Both the position numbers and the translations under genes were made by a program. Source: Candidatus Sulfotelmatobacter sp. (lineage in GTDB: Bacteria; Acidobacteriota; Terriglobia; Terriglobales; Acidobacteriaceae). Taken from it: 64,000 bases of DNA. Under the pieces are notes generated by a model that did no database searches, was not told the DNA's origin, and saw only the letters and a program-made list of their open reading frames with translations. The stretch lies in the NCBI GenBank assembly GCA_035266285.1, contig DATFNR010000059.1, positions 5,136-69,135 of the forward strand, given 5' to 3'. This document shows positions 1-12,534 of this stretch, piece after piece. How positions within the stretch are numbered: position 1 is the first letter of the stretch; the number at the start of each line of letters is the position of its first letter.

Positions 1-321
1 GCTCTTGCCCACGCAAATGGTCAGCACGCTGCGCGGAATCCTGAAATATTCGACCGAGCGCGCCAGGGCGAACGAATTCGGCGGGACGATGCAGATGTCG
101 GTCTGCACCGTGACGAAGGAGCGCTCGTCGAAGTGCTTTGGATCGACGATGGACGAATTCACGTTGGTGAAAATCTTGAACTCGTCGGCCACGCGCAGAT
201 CGTAGCCATAAGACGACAGCCCGTCAGAAATCACGCCCTCGCGCACCTGCTTCTCGGAGAACGGGTTGATCAGGTCGTGCTCGTGGGCCATCTTGCGGAT
301 CCAGCGGTCGCTTTTCAGCAT
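1..321 (-). CDS. dcd: dCTP deaminase, N-terminal part (C-terminus runs off the window start)
   Basis: My own translation of the minus strand from the ATG at 319-321 gives [21 protein letters not shown]...SSYGYDLRV...[15 protein letters not shown]...[19 protein letters not shown]...CVGKS. This closely resembles the Helicobacter-type Dcd as I recall it. AAGGAG lies upstream. The ORF is absent from the track because it is truncated by the window edge. Confidence 0.85.
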   Translation of the reverse strand, partial: MLKSDRWIRKMAHEHDLINPFSEKQVREGVISDGLSSYGYDLRVADEFKIFTNVNSSIVDPKHFDERSFVTVQTDICIVPPNSFALARSVEYFRIPRSVLTICVGKS

Positions 322-333
322 GAAACTCCTTGG

Positions 334-450
334 AGAAATTGAGTAATTGGGTAATTTTGTAATTGAGAAATTGAAGGACATTCGGGAAATGCGTCGGTCT
401 GGACTGCACTGTGAAATTACACAATTACCCGATTTCCCAATTGCTCAATC
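334..450. repeat. AATTG-word imperfect palindromic element (family A, copy 1) in the dcd/ihf divergent region
   Basis: The arms GAGTAATTGGGTAATTTTGTAATTGAGAAATTG and AATTACACAATTACCCGATTTCCCAATTGCTCAAT are roughly reverse-complementary. The same word set recurs at 19233-19335. Confidence 0.6.
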
Positions 451-568
451 TTGCCGGCTGGGTGGCCAGCCAGTTTACGGGATAGGTGCCCCCGTTGACA
501 ATCTCACTTATCTTCCTTAGCATCAATAACTTGAAGCATCATCTTCGGATTGCAAACGGGGGCCGGCT

Positions 569-838
569 GTGATCAAGCTCGACATCATCAATGAAGTGGT
601 GGCCAGAACCGGCATCACCAAAACCAAGGCCGAACTGGCGGTCGAAACCGTCTTCGAGAGCATGAAGAAGGCGCTGGCGCAGGGCAATCGCATTGAACTG
701 CGGGGATTTGGCGTGTTCAATGTGCGCCCACGCAAAACCGGCATCGGCCGCAACCCGCGCACCGGCGCCGAAGTGTCGATCCCGCCGGGACGCGCCGTCC
801 GCTTCAAGCCGGGAAAAGAATTGCAGTCGATTGACTGA
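569..838 (+). CDS. HU/IHF-family DNA-binding protein (IHF-beta-like)
   Basis: The 89-aa product has a GTG start and contains ...AQGNRIELRGFGVFNVRPRKTGIGRNPRTGAEVSIPPGRAVRFKPGKEL, the classic IHF/HU arm motif RNPxTG...FKPGK. Confidence 0.9.
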   Translation: MIKLDIINEVVARTGITKTKAELAVETVFESMKKALAQGNRIELRGFGVFNVRPRKTGIGRNPRTGAEVSIPPGRAVRFKPGKELQSID

Positions 839-1009
839 AGGCGCCTGTCTGGTCACTGAGCCTCGTAGCACACATTTCCACGCCCTTCGACACGATCGCC
901 GCGGCTGGTGAGTGCCTCGTTCTCTCCGCTCGTAGTAGCATCGAACCTACGGTCGCAGCCGCGCTCCATGTAGTAAAGAATCGCGACCGAATCACGACCG
1001 AAGAATCGC

Positions 1010-2014
1010 ATGGCCGACCCCAACTCCCCGCTGAGCTCTTCCACGCTTGAGTATTACTATCCGCTGCCGACGCCGGTCGGGCGGCCTCCGCGGGAACGTT
1101 ATTGGCTGCACGGGGTGTTGCTGCTTGCGACCTGCTTCACTACGCTGGTCGTAGGAGCACGGCTGCAGTTCAACTTTCTGCAGAATTTGCCGCAGTTTGC
1201 CGCTGGCGATGAGTTTTTTCCCTTCTTCGCTGTGAAATGGGCGCTGGTGCAGCCCTCGCGCCTGCTGCTCGGCATTCCGTTTTCTGCGACCCTGCTTTCG
1301 ATTCTGCTGGCCCACGAGATGGGGCACTACCTGTTCTGCCGTTACTACGGCGTGCGCGCGACGCTTCCCTTTTTTATTCCAGCTCCGACCGTAATCGGAA
1401 CTCTGGGAGCCGTCATCCGCATCAAAGCGCCAATCCGTTCGCGCGCGGCGTTGTTCGACATCGGAGTCGCCGGGCCCATCGCGGGATTTGTGGTCGCGGT
1501 GGCCACCCTGGCGGTTGCGTTGAGCCTCTCAAAACCGCTGGCCGCCGGCATCTCTGCGCCCAACCTGCAGCTGGGGTTTCCCGAGATCTTCTATCTCGTG
1601 CACCGCCTGCTGCACAGCGTGTCGCCATCCAGCACGATCGCGGCTTTGCCCCTGTCTCGCATCTACCTCCACCCCATGGCTGTGGCCGCCTGGGTCGGCA
1701 TGTACGCCACAGCGCTCAACCTGCTGCCCAGCGGCCAACTCGACGGTGGTCACATGGTCTACGCGCTGGTGCCGCGTGCTCATCGCGCCGTTTCGTGGAT
1801 CACAGTTCTGGCTCTCGCAGGCCTGGGATTCCTCAACTATGCCTGGTGGGTGTGGGGAGCGCTGATCCTGATCATGAACATCATCACCTACCGCCAACAG
1901 CAGGCGCCAGACTATCCCCTGCTCCCCTCCAGCCGCTGGGCTCTGGCGCTGCTTGGTGCAGTCATGCTGGCATTGACGTTCGCCGTATCGCCCTTTCAGG
2001 TCGCGCTGAAGTAA
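1010..2014 (+). CDS. Site-2 protease family (peptidase M50) membrane metalloprotease
   Basis: 334 aa, polytopic and hydrophobic, with an HEMGH zinc motif (LLAHEMGHYLFCRYYG) and a later NLLPSGQLDGGH motif typical of M50. Confidence 0.85.
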   Translation: MADPNSPLSSSTLEYYYPLPTPVGRPPRERYWLHGVLLLATCFTTLVVGARLQFNFLQNLPQFAAGDEFFPFFAVKWALVQPSRLLLGIPFSATLLSILLAHEMGHYLFCRYYGVRATLPFFIPAPTVIGTLGAVIRIKAPIRSRAALFDIGVAGPIAGFVVAVATLAVALSLSKPLAAGISAPNLQLGFPEIFYLVHRLLHSVSPSSTIAALPLSRIYLHPMAVAAWVGMYATALNLLPSGQLDGGHMVYALVPRAHRAVSWITVLALAGLGFLNYAWWVWGALILIMNIITYRQQQAPDYPLLPSSRWALALLGAVMLALTFAVSPFQVALK

Positions 2015-2043
2015 GCCGGCGTATTCAGTACCCGACTTCCTCC

Positions 2044-2122
2044 ACCACAAAAATACCAAGAGCCACGAAGGTTCGGCGGAGCCATGTTTTTTCCTTCGTG
2101 CACCTTCGTGTCCTTCGTGGTA
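2044..2122. repeat. CACGAAGG-word hairpin element (family D, copy 1)
   Basis: CCACGAAGG ... CCTTCGTGCACCTTCGTGTCCTTCGTGG sits downstream of the M50 gene. The same words occur at 18436-18533. Confidence 0.55.
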
Positions 2123-2222
2123 AATCGCATTTGTACTGCCCTCGCCTCGGACCATACACTTCCCGTATACTTCGCTATTCAATCGTTTTAATGCCTAAGA
2201 GACTTCCCTGGAAGGAGCCGCC

Positions 2223-4403
2223 ATGAAAAGAGCCCGCCTGGCCCGGATCATTTTCCTAATCAGTTTCCTGCCCCTGATCACGATCGCCGCCCAAACGGTG
2301 GAAGTCGACACCGCCCACGCCACCAATCACTTCGTTCCGAAAGAAACTCTGGGCGCAGGTGTGGACCGCATTCCCGTCGACGCCATCGACAAAGACACCC
2401 TGCAGCCCACACTCGGCCAGACCCTCACCTCGGGCTGGCAGCCGGTTACCTTCCGCCAGAATACCGAGCTCGCCGTCGAAGCGTGGCACTGGAATCCGCA
2501 AGGAACGTGGAGCGACAACGGCAAGGGGTATTTCACCGGCTCCTCCACTCCCACGGACATGATCCGCTACTCCTACGGCTACGGCCTGCCCCGCCGCGGC
2601 TTCACCCGCAACGACGGCACCGACAACGCCGGCTTCTCGCGCATGACCGACGGCGACCCGAGCACTTTCTGGAAGAGCAACCCCTACCTGACCCAGCACT
2701 TCACCGGCGAAAGCGATGCCCAGCATCCGCAATGGGTCGTACTCGATCTGGCGCAAATGCAAGCGGTGAACAGCATCCGCATCGCCTGGGGAGATCCTTA
2801 CGCCAAACACCACGCGGTGCAGTACTGGACCGGCGGCGATGATCCGATCCACGCTCCCACGCGCGGCGTGTGGCAGACCTTCTCAGACGGAGACGTGATC
2901 AACGGCAAAGGAGGGACCGAAACGATTCGTCTCAGCGCCATGGTCGTGCCGGTGCGCTTCGTCCGCCTCTGGATGACGGAGTCGTCAAACACCTGCGACG
3001 CAGACGGCCCCAGCGATCCGCGCAACTGTGTGGGCTATGCCATCCGCGAAATCTACCTGGGGACGATAACCGAAGACGGCGCCTTTCACGACATCCTGCG
3101 TCATACGCCAGACGCGGAGCAGACAACGACCTGGTGCTCATCAGTCGACCCGTGGCACCAGCCTTCTGACCTCGGTTCGACCACGCAGGCGCACATGGGA
3201 TTCGACCTTTTTTTCAGCAGCGGCGTCACCCGCGGCCTGCCTGCGATGATCCCGGTTGCCATGCTCTACGAGACGCCCGAAAATTCTGCCGCAGAAATCG
3301 CCTATGTCGAAAAGCGCGGCTATCCGATCTCCTACGTGGAGATGGGCGAGGAAGCCGACGGCCAATACATGTTGCCCGAAGACTACGCCGCACTTTACCT
3401 GCAATGGGCCACCGCCCTGCACAAGGTCGATCCCAAGCTGAAGCTGGGCGGACCGTCGTTCCAGGGCGTGAACCGCGACATCGAAGTCTGGCCTGACGCC
3501 AAAGGTAAGGTCTCATGGCTCGGCCGGTTCGTCGACTACCTGAAACAGCACGGGCGCATGAACGACCTCGCCTTCTTCTCCTTCGAGCACTACCCCTACG
3601 ATCCGTGCCGCACGCCCTGGGGCATGCTCTATGACGAACCCGACCTCGTGAGCCACATCATGCACGTCTGGCACGACGACGGCATTCCGGCCGACATGCC
3701 CATTTTCATTACCGAGGGCAATCTGTCGTCAGCCTCGAGCGAAACTTATCAGGACATCTTCGCCGGAATCTGGCTGGCCGACTATGTTGGCTCATTTCTG
3801 AACGCAGGCGGCAACGGACTTTACTTCTTTCACTACCTGCCGTTGCAGATGGAACCGGGCTGCAACGCCTCTCCCGGAACCTTCGGCATGTTCACCGTCA
3901 ACGCCAATTACGAAATTCAGCAGCCGCTGGCGCAGTACTTTGTGGCGCAACTGCTCAACACCGAGTGGGTGCAGCCGAGCGGCGGCGAGCATCATGTGTA
4001 TGCGGCGAAGAGTGACCTCTCGGATGGCGCAGGTCATGACTTGATCACCGCCTACGCCCTGAAACGCCCGGACGGCCAGTGGTCACTCCTGCTGGTGAAC
4101 CGCGATCAGCAGACCTCACACAAAGTGCGCGTCGCATTCGAAGGCCAGTCGACAGGAGGCTTTGCCGGCCCGGTCGAGATTCTGACCTTTGGCAGCGCGC
4201 AATATCAATGGCATCCGGCAGCAACGCGCTTCATGGCGCACGCCGAGAAGGCTGGCGAGCGCACCATCGTCGCCACCACCAAGGGCTGGGCCGATCCCGA
4301 TGGCCCCATCGCGCGCTCAAAGCAGAACGCCGGGAGGGACACGCTCTACGAATTGCCGGCGGCGTCGGTCACCGTGATTCGGGGAAAACTCGGCGTGCAG
4401 TAA
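2223..4403 (+). CDS. Secreted discoidin (F5/8 type C) domain protein, putative glycoside hydrolase
   Basis: 726 aa with an N-terminal signal-like segment (IIFLISFLPLITIAAQ). The discoidin-type stretch reads SRMTDGDPSTFWKS...WVVLDL...IRIAW. The C-terminal part looks like a TIM-barrel (EMGEE, FSFEHYPY, IFITEGN). GGAAGGAG lies upstream of the ATG. Confidence 0.6.
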   Translation: MKRARLARIIFLISFLPLITIAAQTVEVDTAHATNHFVPKETLGAGVDRIPVDAIDKDTLQPTLGQTLTSGWQPVTFRQNTELAVEAWHWNPQGTWSDNGKGYFTGSSTPTDMIRYSYGYGLPRRGFTRNDGTDNAGFSRMTDGDPSTFWKSNPYLTQHFTGESDAQHPQWVVLDLAQMQAVNSIRIAWGDPYAKHHAVQYWTGGDDPIHAPTRGVWQTFSDGDVINGKGGTETIRLSAMVVPVRFVRLWMTESSNTCDADGPSDPRNCVGYAIREIYLGTITEDGAFHDILRHTPDAEQTTTWCSSVDPWHQPSDLGSTTQAHMGFDLFFSSGVTRGLPAMIPVAMLYETPENSAAEIAYVEKRGYPISYVEMGEEADGQYMLPEDYAALYLQWATALHKVDPKLKLGGPSFQGVNRDIEVWPDAKGKVSWLGRFVDYLKQHGRMNDLAFFSFEHYPYDPCRTPWGMLYDEPDLVSHIMHVWHDDGIPADMPIFITEGNLSSASSETYQDIFAGIWLADYVGSFLNAGGNGLYFFHYLPLQMEPGCNASPGTFGMFTVNANYEIQQPLAQYFVAQLLNTEWVQPSGGEHHVYAAKSDLSDGAGHDLITAYALKRPDGQWSLLLVNRDQQTSHKVRVAFEGQSTGGFAGPVEILTFGSAQYQWHPAATRFMAHAEKAGERTIVATTKGWADPDGPIARSKQNAGRDTLYELPAASVTVIRGKLGVQ

Positions 4404-4576
4404 AACGCTATCACCATCCCTTCGCGTCGTTCGGGCACTGGTTCAGTAGACGAACCCTGCAATGACGTGCCCTTTCATCAGATTTTTCATCTTCTTTTAA
4501 CCTTCGTGTAACTTCCGGACCGCCTGCTCGCGCTAGTCTTTGAGGCTATCTGCTGCGAAATCCAGGAGGAAACTCA

Positions 4577-5590
4577 ATGAAAATGCATGGTCGCACCCGT
4601 TTGCTTGTCGTCCTTGGCGTTCTGCTCACCGCCTGTGCTGCGTTGGGGCAAGTCACACCGTCCATACCTTACACGGTTTCAGTTTTTGCCACTGGGGTCG
4701 CGGGAAGCTATACCAAGCCCGACTCCATTACGCTCCTCGGCAACCATGTTTTCATCGGCTACGGGAACAACGTTTCGACGACCGGTTCTGATGGCAAGAG
4801 CAGCACGATTGTCGAATACAAAATGAACGGCGACATCGTCAATATCTTCTCGGTCGTCGGGCACAACGACGGCCTGCGCGTAAATCCAAAGACGAAACTG
4901 CTCTGGGCGCTGCAGAACGAAGACGCCAACCCCAACCTGGTCATCATCGATCCGGCAACTTCCGCCCAGACCCTCTTCACCTTTGGACCGACACCGCACG
5001 GGGGCGGTTATGACGACATCGCTTTTCGCGGCAACGACGTTTTCCTGAGCGCCTCCAATCCCGCCAACAATCCCAATTTCGGTCCTGCTATCGTGCGCGC
5101 GACGATCACCGGAAGCACGGTCAGCGTGAGCGAGGTGCTCAACGCCAGTGCCATCGCCACCGACATCCCGACGGAGAAGCCCGTGACCCTGAATCTTCAG
5201 GACCCCGACTCCATGGTTTTCGATCCGCTTGGGGACTTGCTGCTCGATAGCCAGGCCGACGGTGAACTCATCATCGTGCATCACGCCGGCTTTGCCGATC
5301 AGAGCGTTTTCCATCTCGGGTTGAAGCTCAAAGGAGCCGCCACCCAGGTTGATGACACGATCTTTGCCACGTCCACTCATGGCGTGATCCTGGTGTCGGA
5401 TCGGGACGCCGGCGCCGATGGATCCGGTATCGTGTATGCCATCTCGAAAGACATCTTCTCTCCCGACGCGGCTTACACTGCCACCCCGAACTCAGTGGGC
5501 GCGGTGAATTTTGACACAGGAGTCATCACCAACGTCGTGAGTGGCATGGTGAGCCCGCACGGAATGGCGTTTGTTGGGGAGCAGTTCTGA
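4577..5590 (+). CDS. Secreted hypothetical protein (beta-propeller-like composition)
   Basis: 337 aa with a signal peptide (RTRLLVVLGVLLTACAALGQ). AGGAGGA lies upstream. The protein is rich in G/D/N/T repeats, and I recognise no family. Confidence 0.5.
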   Translation: MKMHGRTRLLVVLGVLLTACAALGQVTPSIPYTVSVFATGVAGSYTKPDSITLLGNHVFIGYGNNVSTTGSDGKSSTIVEYKMNGDIVNIFSVVGHNDGLRVNPKTKLLWALQNEDANPNLVIIDPATSAQTLFTFGPTPHGGGYDDIAFRGNDVFLSASNPANNPNFGPAIVRATITGSTVSVSEVLNASAIATDIPTEKPVTLNLQDPDSMVFDPLGDLLLDSQADGELIIVHHAGFADQSVFHLGLKLKGAATQVDDTIFATSTHGVILVSDRDAGADGSGIVYAISKDIFSPDAAYTATPNSVGAVNFDTGVITNVVSGMVSPHGMAFVGEQF

Positions 5591-5623
5591 TGCCTGCCAG
5601 GGGCGGCGGCATTTCTGCCGCCC

Positions 5624-8074
<2,451 letters not shown>

Positions 8075-8163
8075 TGGTTGGAAGGATAAACCAGAGAAGG
8101 GCTCGTCTCGTCAGCCCACCAGCAAGTCGCCTGCAGCCATAATCTTGCGATTCAGTCTTCTTC

Positions 8164-9030
8164 TTAAGCGTCCGCCTTCGGAGGCCTGAGTCCCAGATAC
8201 TTCATCACCATCTGCAGGTCTTTCCACGCTTCGCCCTTCTGGCGCGGATCGCGCAGCAGAAATGCCGGATGATACGTCACCGCCAGCCGCGCCCCAGACC
8301 AGGAAGGATCGTTCGTGCGCCCGCCCGCCGGCAGGAAGTCGTAAAAGCGTCCGCGCAGTTCCGACATGGGAGCGTTGATCGCGAGCAGATTCTTGGCCGC
8401 CACCGCGCCCAGCGCCACTACAACTTTGGGCTTAATCACCGCGATCTGCCGCATCAGAAACGGCGAGCAGGTCTCGCACTCATCCCGCTCCGGCGTGCGG
8501 TTGCCCGGCGGACGGCACTTGACCACGTTCGCGATGTAGACGTCCTCGCGCTGCAGTCCCATGGCCTTGATCATGTTGTTGAGCAGTTGCCCCGCGCGGC
8601 CCACGAAGGGCTCGCCCTGCGCGTCCTCATCGGCGCCCGGCCCTTCACCCACGAACATCAACTCCGCCCGCGGATTGCCCACGCCGAATACGATCTGCTT
8701 GCGTCCCTGCTGGTGCAGCTTGCAGCGTGTGCAGTCACCCAGGTCTTCGCGGATCAGTTTCAGCGCAGTCGCGGGATCCGCAGCGCCATGCTCCGGCTTC
8801 GGAGTCAGTACTGCAAAAATGTTGTCTTCGACAACGGTTGCGACGACGGCAGACTTTCTTGCGGCCATTTCTTCTCGCAGTTCTGGCTGGGAAACAACAG
8901 GCGAAGCGGAATCGCTCTCGGCGACAACAGCTTCCCCGCGCTGATAGAAATCGTAAATGCCCAGCTCGTTGTAGAACCGCATCCGCTCGGCCAGCGCGCG
9001 GCGCATGTTTGGGTTCAGCGCGATAGGCAT
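8164..9030 (-). CDS. Uracil-DNA glycosylase, family 4, with N-terminal extension
   Basis: 288 aa containing [21 protein letters not shown]...[26 protein letters not shown]...[11 protein letters not shown]...HPAFLLR, the family-4 UDG motifs. Confidence 0.88.
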   Translation of the reverse strand: MPIALNPNMRRALAERMRFYNELGIYDFYQRGEAVVAESDSASPVVSQPELREEMAARKSAVVATVVEDNIFAVLTPKPEHGAADPATALKLIREDLGDCTRCKLHQQGRKQIVFGVGNPRAELMFVGEGPGADEDAQGEPFVGRAGQLLNNMIKAMGLQREDVYIANVVKCRPPGNRTPERDECETCSPFLMRQIAVIKPKVVVALGAVAAKNLLAINAPMSELRGRFYDFLPAGGRTNDPSWSGARLAVTYHPAFLLRDPRQKGEAWKDLQMVMKYLGLRPPKADA

Positions 9031-9070
9031 CAGTGTCTAGATCGAAGTGCAGAAGAACGCGGCGAGGTAG

Positions 9071-10288
9071 CTATGCCTTCACCGCAGACTTGCGATGCTC
9101 ACGCAGGCGCACCACCTGGTCGAGCACGCGTTGAGCGACTTCCCATTTCGTGGTCTCGGGAACATCCACCACTTCTTCGCGAGTAATGATGGTGACCGCG
9201 TTGCGATCGGAGTCGAATCCCACACCCTCGCGCGATACGTCATTGACGACAATCGCATCGAGGTTTTTCGCGACCAGCTTCTGGCGCGCATTCTCCAGGG
9301 CATTTTCGGTTTCCGCGGCGAACCCCACCACAATCTGCGAGCTTTTCTTCTGGGCCAGTTCCTTCAGAATGTCGGGCGTAGCCTCGAGTTCCAACGTCAT
9401 CGGGCCTTTGCGCTTGATCTTCTGATCGTACGCAGCCTTGGGCCGATAGTCGGCGACCGCCGCCGTCTTGATCACGATGCTGGCCTGCGGCAGAAGTCTC
9501 AGCACTGCGTCGCGCATGTCTTCGGTCGATTCAACGCGCGTCACCTCTGCGGCTCCGGGAGGCGTGAGTGCGGTCGGCCCGCTGACCAGCAGCACGCGCG
9601 CTCCGCGCCGCAGCGCCGCTTCCGCCAGCGCATATCCCATGCGCCCGCTGGACCGGTTCGTGAGATAGCGCACGGGATCGACCTTCTCGCGCGTTGGGCC
9701 GGCGGTAATCAACACCGTCTCGCCACTCAGATTCTGCGAGGCACCCAGAGCTTCCAGCACTGCGGCCACAACCGCGTCGTTTTCCGCCAGGCGGCCGGGG
9801 CCGGTCATGCCGCACGCCAGATATCCCGCCCCCGGCTCAACGATCTTCACGCCACGCTGGCGAAGAATCTGGAGATTGGATTGCGTGGCCGGATGGTTCC
9901 ACATGTTGACGTTCATCGCCGGCGCCACTACAACCGGCGCCGTGGTCGCGAGATAGAGCGTCGTCAGAAAATCGCTGGCGATGCCCTGCGCGAAGTGTGC
10001 TATGACGTCAGCCGTCGCCGGAGCCACCACAAGCGCGTCGATCGATTGCGCAACCGCAATGTGCTCGATGGCGGAGTCAATGTTAGGCGCTTGTTCCTCG
10101 CCCGGCGAGAACATGCTGGTGATGACTTTTTCTCCGGAAAGCGCAGCAAAAGTGAGCGGGCGCACAAACTCCTGGGCCGCGCGCGTCATGACCACCTGCA
10201 CGCGAATGCCGCGGTCCTGCAGCAGGCGAACAATTTCAGCCGCCTTGTAGGCCGCAATTCCGCCGGTAACGCCCAGAGCTATTTTCAT
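9071..10288 (-). CDS. coaBC: Bifunctional phosphopantothenoylcysteine decarboxylase / phosphopantothenate-cysteine ligase
   Basis: MKIALGVTGGIAAYKA...PAMN..MW...ITAGPTREKVDPVRYLTNRSSGRMG. I chose the internal ATG at 10286-10288, because the 15-codon extension in the ORF track reads through repeat family C. Confidence 0.92.
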   Translation of the reverse strand: MKIALGVTGGIAAYKAAEIVRLLQDRGIRVQVVMTRAAQEFVRPLTFAALSGEKVITSMFSPGEEQAPNIDSAIEHIAVAQSIDALVVAPATADVIAHFAQGIASDFLTTLYLATTAPVVVAPAMNVNMWNHPATQSNLQILRQRGVKIVEPGAGYLACGMTGPGRLAENDAVVAAVLEALGASQNLSGETVLITAGPTREKVDPVRYLTNRSSGRMGYALAEAALRRGARVLLVSGPTALTPPGAAEVTRVESTEDMRDAVLRLLPQASIVIKTAAVADYRPKAAYDQKIKRKGPMTLELEATPDILKELAQKKSSQIVVGFAAETENALENARQKLVAKNLDAIVVNDVSREGVGFDSDRNAVTIITREEVVDVPETTKWEVAQRVLDQVVRLREHRKSAVKA

Positions 10289-10291
10289 GGC

Positions 10292-10375
10292 AAATTTCCG
10301 ATTCCCGATTTTCGATTGCCGATTGAAAGGCACTCAGGCCAAAATCAGCAATCAGCAATCGCAAATCGAGAATCT
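10292..10375. repeat. CGATT/GCAATC-word palindromic element (family C, copy 1) between coaBC and rpoZ
   Basis: TTCCGATTCCCGATTTTCGATTGCCGATTG ... CAGCAATCAGCAATCGCAAATCGAGAATC. The arms are roughly reverse-complementary. Related copies lie at 14516-14596 and 15613-15660. Confidence 0.65.
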
Positions 10376-10380
10376 ATCTC

Positions 10381-10614
10381 CTACTCCTGCTCCAGTGCCT
10401 TATCGAGGACTTCGGCGGCCTGCTCGGCGGCGCTGCGGGTTTCCGGAATCTCCCACTTCACCTTGCCGGCGCGGATCTCATCCTGCGCGATGCGGCAGGG
10501 CTTGCGGGAAGTGGTGTCCACTACCGGCGGTGCGCCGGACTGCAGTTGCCGCGCCCGCCGCGCTGCCACCAGAATGTACCGGTAATTGCTGTCGAAGCCT
10601 TCGATCAACTTCAT
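10381..10614 (-). CDS. rpoZ: DNA-directed RNA polymerase subunit omega
   Basis: 77 aa, beginning MKLIEGFDSNYRYILVAARRARQL, the typical RpoZ N-terminus. Confidence 0.9.
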   Translation of the reverse strand: MKLIEGFDSNYRYILVAARRARQLQSGAPPVVDTTSRKPCRIAQDEIRAGKVKWEIPETRSAAEQAAEVLDKALEQE

Positions 10615-10773
10615 CGCGACTCTCCCTTGAACCTCAGGTTTGAAGTGTAATCAATGCCGAACGTCGAACTGTGCGTTCCGCAGAACCTCACCACTTTCAG
10701 GCTTGTCCCGTTCGGGACTGTCTTTCCGGTCTCGGGCGCGGTTGGCGCGCCTGCTGCAATGATACCGCGAAAA

Positions 10774-11484
10774 CTATGAGTGTGCTGAAGGCGAAGGGGT
10801 ATCAAAAGACGCAAGGATGGGCTGCACTCTTGTCCGGACGTTTGCCAGCCGGTAGCCGTCAGCCACGGCCACCATTTTTCGCTCTTGCTCCGATAAGGGT
10901 CGCCCCCCGCGCCGCAGGCGTTCGGACCGCACCACCGCTTGCAGGCCCTCGACCGATTCTTCGAGCTTGTCGTTGATCACCACATAGTCGTATTTGTCGT
11001 AGTTCTCGATCTCCCGGCTGGCGGCGACCAGGCGGCGCTGAATCACTTCCTCGGCGTCTTCGCTGCGCTTGCGCAAACGCCATTCCAGGGTCTTGCGATC
11101 CGGGGGCAGGACAAAAATGCTGACCGCATCCGGCAGCTTCTGTTTGATCTGCGCCGCACCCTGCACGTCGATGTCGAGTAGGAGATCGCGTCCGTTTTCG
11201 CTCGCCTCGCGCAAAAAGCGCCGCGCTGTGCCGTAGTAGTGCTTCCCGAACACGACGGCGTGCTCAAGAAATTCCTCCGCCTGGATCATCCGCTCGAATT
11301 CTTCGCGGGATACAAAATTGTATTCTTTGCCGTTTTGCTCGCTGCCTCTGGGAGCGCGCGTGGTATAGGAAATGGAAAAGTTGAGATCCGGAACCACCTT
11401 CAACAATTCACTGACCAGAGTGGATTTCCCTGACCCGGAGGGCGCGGAGATGATGTAGACGATCGGCTGGCGGGCTGCGCTCAT
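10774..11484 (-). CDS. gmk: Guanylate kinase
   Basis: The P-loop is ISAPSGSGKST and the YTTR motif reads SYTTRAPRGSEQNGKEYNFVS. A 4-nt ATGA overlap links it to the upstream yicC-like gene. The C-terminal tail is about 30 aa longer than usual. Confidence 0.92.
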   Translation of the reverse strand: MSAARQPIVYIISAPSGSGKSTLVSELLKVVPDLNFSISYTTRAPRGSEQNGKEYNFVSREEFERMIQAEEFLEHAVVFGKHYYGTARRFLREASENGRDLLLDIDVQGAAQIKQKLPDAVSIFVLPPDRKTLEWRLRKRSEDAEEVIQRRLVAASREIENYDKYDYVVINDKLEESVEGLQAVVRSERLRRGGRPLSEQERKMVAVADGYRLANVRTRVQPILASFDTPSPSAHS

Positions 11485-12401
11485 TCCAGGTTCTGCACCT
11501 GCTCGCGCGATTTTTCGATTTCCGCCTTCATGGCCAGGCCGGCTTCCGTGATCTTAAGGGCTTCGCCCGCCAGTCCGGAAGTCTTCGAAAGTAGAGTGTT
11601 GGCCTCGCGATTCATCTCCTGCAAAAGAAAATCCAGCTTCTTCCCCACCTCGCCGCCCTCTTTGAGCAAAGTCAGGAAATGCTGCACGTGCGTCTCCAGG
11701 CGCACGATTTCTTCCTGGATGTCGCTGCGATCGACCAGCAGCGCCGCTTCCTGCAGCACTCGTTCCTTGTCGACCGTAGCGCAGAGCAGTTCCTGCAGCC
11801 GCGACTGCAGCCGCTCGCTGTAGTTCTGCAACACGGCGCGGCGATGCTGCTGCACGCTCTTGCTCGCCGTCAGCAGATGCGCCATGCGTTCGCGCAGCTC
11901 CTCGGCGATACCGCGGCCTTCCTCCTCTCGCATGTGATTCAGCCGCTCCAGAACCTCGCTCACCTTGGCCATCACCGCCGACTCCAGGTCCCCATCGGGA
12001 CTGTCGTTGGCGGAGTCGAGCGCGCCGGGGATGCGCAGAATCGCATTCAGGTCAGGATCAACCTGCAGCGAGAATTCCGAGGCCGTGGCGCGAAATGCTG
12101 CTATGTAGCCGCCCACGATTTCACGGTTCACCGAAAACGTCTCGCTCGCCACGCGCTCCAGGCTCAACGTCACCTCGACGTGGCCGCGGGCCAATTTTTC
12201 CTTGAGTAACCGCCGCAGGTGCATCTCGAGGGAATCCGTTCCCGAGGGCAGCCGGAAATGCAGATCCAGGAAGCGATGGTTGACCGATTTCAGCGAGAGT
12301 GCGAACGCCATCCGGCCATCAGCGGCCGATGCCGCTCCTGCACTCGGGCGCTGCACCTCGCCTTTGACCTGGGCAAAACCCGTCATCGAGCGTATGGACA
12401 T
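11481..12401 (-). CDS. yicC: YicC/YloC family stress-induced protein
   Basis: 306 aa. The N-terminus MSIRSMTGFA, the SVNHRFLD motif, and the C-terminal REANTLLSK...EIEK.REQVQN.E are YicC hallmarks. Confidence 0.88.
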   Translation of the reverse strand: MSIRSMTGFAQVKGEVQRPSAGAASAADGRMAFALSLKSVNHRFLDLHFRLPSGTDSLEMHLRRLLKEKLARGHVEVTLSLERVASETFSVNREIVGGYIAAFRATASEFSLQVDPDLNAILRIPGALDSANDSPDGDLESAVMAKVSEVLERLNHMREEEGRGIAEELRERMAHLLTASKSVQQHRRAVLQNYSERLQSRLQELLCATVDKERVLQEAALLVDRSDIQEEIVRLETHVQHFLTLLKEGGEVGKKLDFLLQEMNREANTLLSKTSGLAGEALKITEAGLAMKAEIEKSREQVQNLE

Positions 12402-12534
12402 AGGTTCCTATCGGTTGAACACTCCAGGCGCCAACCATTCGTATCAGGGCGCGCATTCATGCATGCCGAAAAAGCCTGCAGACTCGTTGTCCCTTTAGGC
12501 GATGGTCTTGCCTTTCTGACTCGCGCTCCTCCCG